In this document: positions 59,140 to 64,000 of the stretch, one piece after another
How positions within the stretch are numbered: the first letter of the stretch is position 1
Layout of the letters: the number at the start of each line of letters is the position of its first letter
Assembly (NCBI GenBank): GCA_007376295.1
Contig: VMGB01000001.1
Location: 285,969-349,968, forward strand
DNA from: Parcubacteria group bacterium Gr01-1014_13
Lineage (GTDB): Bacteria; Patescibacteriota; Patescibacteriia; Magasanikbacterales; GWA2-37-8
Direction: 5' to 3'
Length of the DNA: 64,000 nucleotides
Translations under genes and position numbers: made by a program
Notes under the pieces: generated by a model
What the model was told of the DNA's origin: nothing
The model's input: the letters and a program-made list of their open reading frames with translations, nothing else
Databases searched by the model: none

Positions 59140-59895
59140 TTAACGGACTGCGGCCACAATATTCATCCAACTTTCCAAATTTGTCGACGCGTTACCCACC
59201 AATACGCCATTGATGTTAGGATTTTTTAAATACTCGGCCACATTTTCTGGCTTCACGCTTCCTCCATATAAAATAACAGGGGTAATACCAGTTAAAGCAA
59301 TAACTTGTTTTTTTATGAGTTGGTGCATGCGTTCGGCTTCTATAGGATCACAATTTTTGCCTGTGCCAATAGCCCAGACCGGTTCATAGGCTACAATTAA
59401 TTCTCTGTCTTTTGGCCAAACAATATTGTGAAACGCGGCTCGTACTTGAATTTCGATAGCTTCTTCGGTTTTATTTTCCGCTCTCTCTTTTTCAGTTTCA
59501 CCAACGCAAATCACTGGTGTTAAATGTTCATCTAAAATAGCCTCTAATTTTTTACGCACTTCGCTATTGCTTTCATGAAACAGATGTCGACGCTCGCTAT
59601 GGCCAACCAAAGCGTATTTGCAACCAGCTTCTTTGTACATTCTCGCTGATACTTCCCCAGTATCCCCGCCTTTATCTTGCCAATACACATTTTGCGCGCC
59701 CAAACTGATACCGACATCGTGCAAAACTTGGCCGACAGGATATAGCGCTAAAGCGCTGGGAAAAATTGCCATTTTTACAGACGTAGGAATACTTTTGGCC
59801 TGGGCGGCAATAGCGTTGGCCAAAATATTACTTTCATCGTAATCCAAATACATCTTCCAGTTGGCAAACAGATAAATTTTAGATTTATCGGACAT
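59140..59895 (-). CDS. tpiA: Triosephosphate isomerase
   Basis: ANWKM, GHSERR, AYEPVWAIGTG and YGGSV motifs. Confidence 0.98.
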   Translation of the reverse strand: MSDKSKIYLFANWKMYLDYDESNILANAIAAQAKSIPTSVKMAIFPSALALYPVGQVLHDVGISLGAQNVYWQDKGGDTGEVSARMYKEAGCKYALVGHSERRHLFHESNSEVRKKLEAILDEHLTPVICVGETEKERAENKTEEAIEIQVRAAFHNIVWPKDRELIVAYEPVWAIGTGKNCDPIEAERMHQLIKKQVIALTGITPVILYGGSVKPENVAEYLKNPNINGVLVGNASTNLESWMNIVAAVR

Positions 59896-59899
59896 AATA

Positions 59900-61183
59900 T
59901 TATTTTAACAAATCCAAAACCTTGTCTTTACTCATCGGACCGATTACCGCCACGCGCATTTGATCAAAATTAAACAATTTTTTGGCTACTCTTTTTACAT
60001 CCGCAGCCGTAACAGTCTTTATTTTCTTTGTCACCTGTTCGTAAGTTTGTATTTTATTAGCAAACCAAAATTGTTTGGCAAACCATTGGGCCTGAGTACT
60101 GGAATCTTCCATAGACAATTCGGTACGTCCGGCAATATTATTTTTTGAATCAATCAACTCTTTCTCTGAAACAGATTCATTAGTTATTTTTAACAACTCG
60201 GATTTTATAACTTTAAACGCATCACCTAATCGGGACGGATCTAGTCCGGCTTGAACGTTGGCCACTCCCACTTCTCTAAATGCGCCTGCGCCAGCATTAA
60301 CCATGTATGCCAAACCTCGCTTTTCACGAACTTCCACAAACAATCTGGAACTCATTCCCCCACCCAAAATATTTAGAAGTACCGAAACGGCATATCTATC
60401 TGGATCATTATAGTGTAGCCCAGGGAAACCGAGCATCACTTGCGCTTGGTCCAACTTCTTTTCTGTTACTAAAACTCTGTCTGTCAAAGACAGAACTTGT
60501 TTTTTCCAAATAAACTTTTCAAAATTTGATTTTAAATCATGCTTTTTGTCTTTGGCTCTGTCCATTTCAAAACGCTTCAAAGATTTAGGCAATTTTTTAT
60601 CATTAATATTTCCCGCTACAACCAACACCATGTTGCTTGGTAAATAAAAGTTTTGATAATAATTCCACAAATCTTCCCGGCTTAGGCCGCGGACGCTTTC
60701 AGGAGAGCCGCCAATATCCCAACCTAGCGGATGTTCACCAAACATCGCTCTTTCAAACAAAGTATCTACAGCCATGAGCGGATTATCTTCGTACATGCGT
60801 AATTCTTCAACAATCACACCTTTTTCTTTTTCAATTTCTTCACCTTCCAATTTGGAATTGAAAATTATATCAGCCAGCCAATCAAAAGCTTTCTCAGTAT
60901 TAATTTCTCCAGTGCGGACATAGTAGCCAGTGTAATCTTTGGAAGTAAAGGCGTTGTATTCAGCGCCCAAAGAATCTAATTCGCGAGAAATTTCCAAATG
61001 AGTCGGCCGTTTCTTGGTACCTTTGAACAACATGTGCTCCACAAAGTGGGATATGCCGGAGATTTTCTTGTGTTCGTAACGCGAACCAACCGGAAACATG
61101 GCCATGATAGTCACGGCTTTACTGCCAGCTACCGGCACCTTAATCAGAGTGATACCATTTTTTAATTTGGAAACTTTATACAT
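59900..61183 (-). CDS. M16 family zinc peptidase
   Basis: HFVEH inverted zincin motif, NAFTS, LGGGMSSRLF. Confidence 0.95.
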   Translation of the reverse strand: MYKVSKLKNGITLIKVPVAGSKAVTIMAMFPVGSRYEHKKISGISHFVEHMLFKGTKKRPTHLEISRELDSLGAEYNAFTSKDYTGYYVRTGEINTEKAFDWLADIIFNSKLEGEEIEKEKGVIVEELRMYEDNPLMAVDTLFERAMFGEHPLGWDIGGSPESVRGLSREDLWNYYQNFYLPSNMVLVVAGNINDKKLPKSLKRFEMDRAKDKKHDLKSNFEKFIWKKQVLSLTDRVLVTEKKLDQAQVMLGFPGLHYNDPDRYAVSVLLNILGGGMSSRLFVEVREKRGLAYMVNAGAGAFREVGVANVQAGLDPSRLGDAFKVIKSELLKITNESVSEKELIDSKNNIAGRTELSMEDSSTQAQWFAKQFWFANKIQTYEQVTKKIKTVTAADVKRVAKKLFNFDQMRVAVIGPMSKDKVLDLLK

Positions 61184-61188
61184 AATCC

Positions 61189-62562
61189 TTATCTAGAAAA
61201 TTTATCTTTTAAGTAAGCCTGCAGATCCCCTATTTCAACTCTTTCTTGTTCCATAGTGTCTCTATCGCGAACAGTAACTTTTTTATCTTCCAAAGATTCA
61301 AAATCAACTGTTACGCAATACGGAGTACCGATTTCATCTTGACGGCGATAGCGCTTGCCAATACTTTGAGTTTCGTCATATTCCACACTGAAATTCTTAC
61401 GCAAAGTGGTAGCCAAATCTTTGGCTACACCCGATAATTCTTCTTTTTTAGATAATGGCAATACGGCTACTTGGATTGGCGCTAAATGTTTAGGGAATTT
61501 CATGACCACGCGAGTTTCGCTCTCACCTTTTTCAGCCGTAGGCACTTCCTCTTCGCTGTATGCTTCCAGTAGCGATACCAAAAGCATACGATCAATACCA
61601 AAAGTTGGTTCGATTACATGCGGCAAGAATCTTTCGTTTGTTTCTGGATCAGTATAGTGCAAATCTTGACCACTGACAGTTTCGTGCCGGGACAAATCAA
61701 AATCTGTGCGGTAAGCGATACCATGCAATTCTTTTATGCCAAACGGATATTTATATTCAACATCCACAGTACGTTTACTATAGTGAGCACGCTCGCCGTC
61801 TGGAATTTCATGCCAGACCAGATTATTCATATCTATCTGCATAACATCTTGCCACCAGCGCTTTATTTCACTCAACCACATCTCAAATGTTTCTTCCCAT
61901 TCTTTTGGATTGATAAAATATTCAAACTCACCGATTTCAAATTCACGGGTGCGGAAAATAAAGTTGCCGGGGGTAATTTCGTTGCGGAAATTTTTGCCGA
62001 TTTGAGCGATACCAAATGGCAAACGGCGACGAGTAGCATTTAAAATATTTTTGAAATTAACAAACATACCAGCGGCAGTTTCCGGACGCAGGTAAGCAAC
62101 GGTGGAAGTATCTTCGTTTACTCCCAAATGGGTTTTGAACATTAAATTAAATTGTTTTGGTTCGGTAAGTGAACCGTCGCAATCCGGACATTTCAATTCA
62201 GAGATAGTTTTTGCATTTTCTTTGTCATATCCCGGCTTGGCACTGGCTGCTTCCAGCAAATGATCGCTACGGAAACGGTGGTGACACTTTTTGCATTCTA
62301 CGAGTTCATCGCTAAAATTCTGCAAATGACCGGATGCTTCCCAAACTTTTGGGTTCATAATGATAGCCGTATCAAGAGGCACCATATCGCCTCTTTCCTG
62401 GACAAAAAACTTCCACCAAGCATTTTTGATATTTTGTTTAAGCATATGACCGAGCGGGCCGTAGTCCCAGCTATTGGCCAAACCGCCATAAATTTCACTA
62501 CCAGGAAACACAAAGCCACGTCGTTTGGCTAGAGAGATAATTTTGTCCATGTCTTTTTGCAT
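61189..62562 (-). CDS. glyQS: Glycine--tRNA ligase (homodimeric type)
   Basis: IYGG..WDYGPLG, YLRPETA, FRNEITPGNFIFRTREFE and IGKRYRRQDEIGTPYC motifs. Confidence 0.97.
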   Translation of the reverse strand: MQKDMDKIISLAKRRGFVFPGSEIYGGLANSWDYGPLGHMLKQNIKNAWWKFFVQERGDMVPLDTAIIMNPKVWEASGHLQNFSDELVECKKCHHRFRSDHLLEAASAKPGYDKENAKTISELKCPDCDGSLTEPKQFNLMFKTHLGVNEDTSTVAYLRPETAAGMFVNFKNILNATRRRLPFGIAQIGKNFRNEITPGNFIFRTREFEIGEFEYFINPKEWEETFEMWLSEIKRWWQDVMQIDMNNLVWHEIPDGERAHYSKRTVDVEYKYPFGIKELHGIAYRTDFDLSRHETVSGQDLHYTDPETNERFLPHVIEPTFGIDRMLLVSLLEAYSEEEVPTAEKGESETRVVMKFPKHLAPIQVAVLPLSKKEELSGVAKDLATTLRKNFSVEYDETQSIGKRYRRQDEIGTPYCVTVDFESLEDKKVTVRDRDTMEQERVEIGDLQAYLKDKFSR

Positions 62563-62705
62563 ATAGAGATTATTATACCAAAATTTTTACAATAAAAAAA
62601 GGCCCTTCTAAGGTCTTAATTGTAGCGTATTTATGTTGTTTACGTCAACTAAACGCCATTGACTTTTTGATCATTATGTAGTATGCTCCTCTCAAGGAGA
62701 AAACA

Positions 62706-63044
62706 ATGACAAAGACTTGGGGTTGGATTGTGACAATTACCGTAGCAGTGCTTACACTTTCTACTTTGGTTCATGCTTTAACCGTTGTAGAGCAAAATAA
62801 ACGGATTGATGCTCAAAAGCTCGAAATCGATACTTTATACAAAGATATCAGTACTCTATACAAAGATGTTGGCACTCTATATAAACTCACCGAAAAGTTG
62901 AGCCTAAATATGGAAGCCCAACAAAATTTGTTAGAAACTACAATCGACATGTGCAAGATGCGTAAGTCGACCACAGTCGAAGCCCAACCGACATCTCGTC
63001 ACATCATACAAATACGACCACTCGCGAAAGCGAAAAGTCGCTGA
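62706..63044 (+). CDS. Hypothetical membrane-anchored coiled-coil protein
   Basis: AAGGAG SD, TTGACT-17-TATGCT promoter, N-terminal TM, triple TLYK heptad repeat. Confidence 0.65.
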   Translation: MTKTWGWIVTITVAVLTLSTLVHALTVVEQNKRIDAQKLEIDTLYKDISTLYKDVGTLYKLTEKLSLNMEAQQNLLETTIDMCKMRKSTTVEAQPTSRHIIQIRPLAKAKSR

Positions 63045-63085
63045 CACAACAAGGCCGAGGTTTTCACCTCGGCCTTTGTATTTTT
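63015..63085 (+). repeat. 71-bp structured repeat, copy 1 (hairpin plus terminator)
   Basis: CGACCACTCGCGAAAGCGAAAAGTCGCTGACACAACAAGGCCGAGGTTTTCACCTCGGCCTTTGTATTTTT. Confidence 0.9.
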
Positions 63086-63177
63086 GCCTATCAGTCAAAT
63101 CATTGACAAAACCGTCATTTTATGCTACTATTTGCGATAGCTCTTAAATGATTGGGAGTGGTGCAAAAGGAGAACAG

Positions 63178-63381
63178 ATGCTACTTCTTCTAAAAACCAT
63201 AGAGATTCTAGTAATTCTGGCAGGATCGACTCTGCTTGTTGTCAACGCTATTTTCAATGATGGAAAGATGGAAGGTGTGTTTGCAATTTCGATCTGGACC
63301 GGAATCCTTTTCGGAGCTATTCACTATTTGAGGCTAAGGAAAAAAAATACTAAACCATGCGACCACCCGCAAAAGCGGTAA
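63178..63381 (+). CDS. Small 2-TM hypothetical protein
   Basis: AAGGAG SD before ATG 63178; TTGACA-17-TACTAT promoter at about 63103. Confidence 0.6.
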   Translation: MLLLLKTIEILVILAGSTLLVVNAIFNDGKMEGVFAISIWTGILFGAIHYLRLRKKNTKPCDHPQKR

Positions 63382-63430
63382 GTCGCTGACACAACAAGGC
63401 CGAGGTTTTCACCTCGGCCTTTGTATTTTT
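63360..63430 (+). repeat. 71-bp structured repeat, copy 2
   Basis: 67/71 identical to 63015-63085, including a compensatory base-pair change. Confidence 0.9.
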
Positions 63431-63489
63431 AAATCGTATTAATCTAATCTTTTATTTTGATGGGTTAATTAAATTGTCAAAACTGATTC

Positions 63490-64000
63490 TTATTTATGAA
63501 GCTTACTATACATATCTGACGGTAGCGCTGTTTTTAACAGCTCGTCTACTAAACGCAAGGAGTTATTTATTTCTTTATCACCAGCTTCTTCGGCTGAATT
63601 AAAATCATATTTTTTTACAAAATCTTTTCCATGCCATTTTTTTCTATATGTAAATGGGACCTTAACAATTTTCTTTTCTGATGGTAAAAGAAACGAAACC
63701 TTACCTTCTTTTTCTACCTCCACCCCCTCATACCCTTTAACTCTATCGGGTAATTTAAGGCCAGAGTCTTTTATAACTTGAAGAAGATTTAACAATCTAA
63801 CCTTCGTTTCTTCCGCATGCTTATGCTCTAAATCTGCTTCCTGTTTTTCTGCTTCAGCTTGCCATAATGTTATTTCATCCTTTACGCTTTCACACAAATA
63901 TCTAGTTTCTGATTTAATATCAGTACTAAGTATGTTATCTACAATTTTAATAATTGTTTTGTTATCTAACTGAAAAGCCGGACGAAAATGCTTTGAATTA
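63490..64000 (-). CDS. Hypothetical protein (partial, start beyond the window)
   Basis: Frame stays open from 63999 to the stop at 63490; charged, Lys/Glu-rich. Confidence 0.6.
   Translation of the reverse strand, partial: NSKHFRPAFQLDNKTIIKIVDNILSTDIKSETRYLCESVKDEITLWQAEAEKQEADLEHKHAEETKVRLLNLLQVIKDSGLKLPDRVKGYEGVEVEKEGKVSFLLPSEKKIVKVPFTYRKKWHGKDFVKKYDFNSAEEAGDKEINNSLRLVDELLKTALPSDMYSKLHK

Noticed and set aside
62830-62885. 21-nt tandem near-repeats (ACTTTATACAAAGAT...)
   Set aside because: In-frame coiled-coil heptad repeats (TLYKD), not a DNA-level element.
63015-63430. CRISPR array or classical integron
   Set aside because: Only two 71-bp copies 345 bp apart, no cas or intI gene, and no RYYYAAC/GTTRRRY ends recognised.

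Overview
AT-rich (genetic code 11) bacterial chromosome segment whose gene content and style (many core genes with short SD-less leaders, type IV pilus genes, VirD4/TrwB-like ATPase, homodimeric-type GlyRS, DUF5666 and cohesin surface proteins) point to Patescibacteria/CPR, probably an ABY1/Magasanikbacteria-like lineage (inference). Core genes include ppsA, ligA, pilD, a pilin, pilM, cysS, corA, dnaX, folD, secD, secF, secA, tdk, msrA, a DEAD-box helicase, rpmG, tpiA and glyQS, plus six tRNA genes. The main find is at 56.9-58.2 kb. Adjacent tRNA-Tyr(GUA) and tRNA-Thr(GGU) genes are each split in the anticodon loop by a very small group I intron (192 nt at position 35/36 and 187 nt at 36/37), and a free-standing HTH plus LAGLIDADG-like gene sits directly upstream. 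Other observations: two tRNA-anchored mini-islands (a Fic gene at tRNA-Gln, a PD-(D/E)XK nuclease at tRNA-Trp), an AAC(3)-I homologue, PpsA fused to a membrane/lipoprotein-like tail, SecD with an inserted parvulin-like domain, a possible KSPP-type arrest module upstream of ycnI, an outer-membrane-barrel-like protein, and a scattered set of self-contained orphan gene units that share 3' hairpin elements. All calls come from reading the sequence and recognising motifs; no searches were run.
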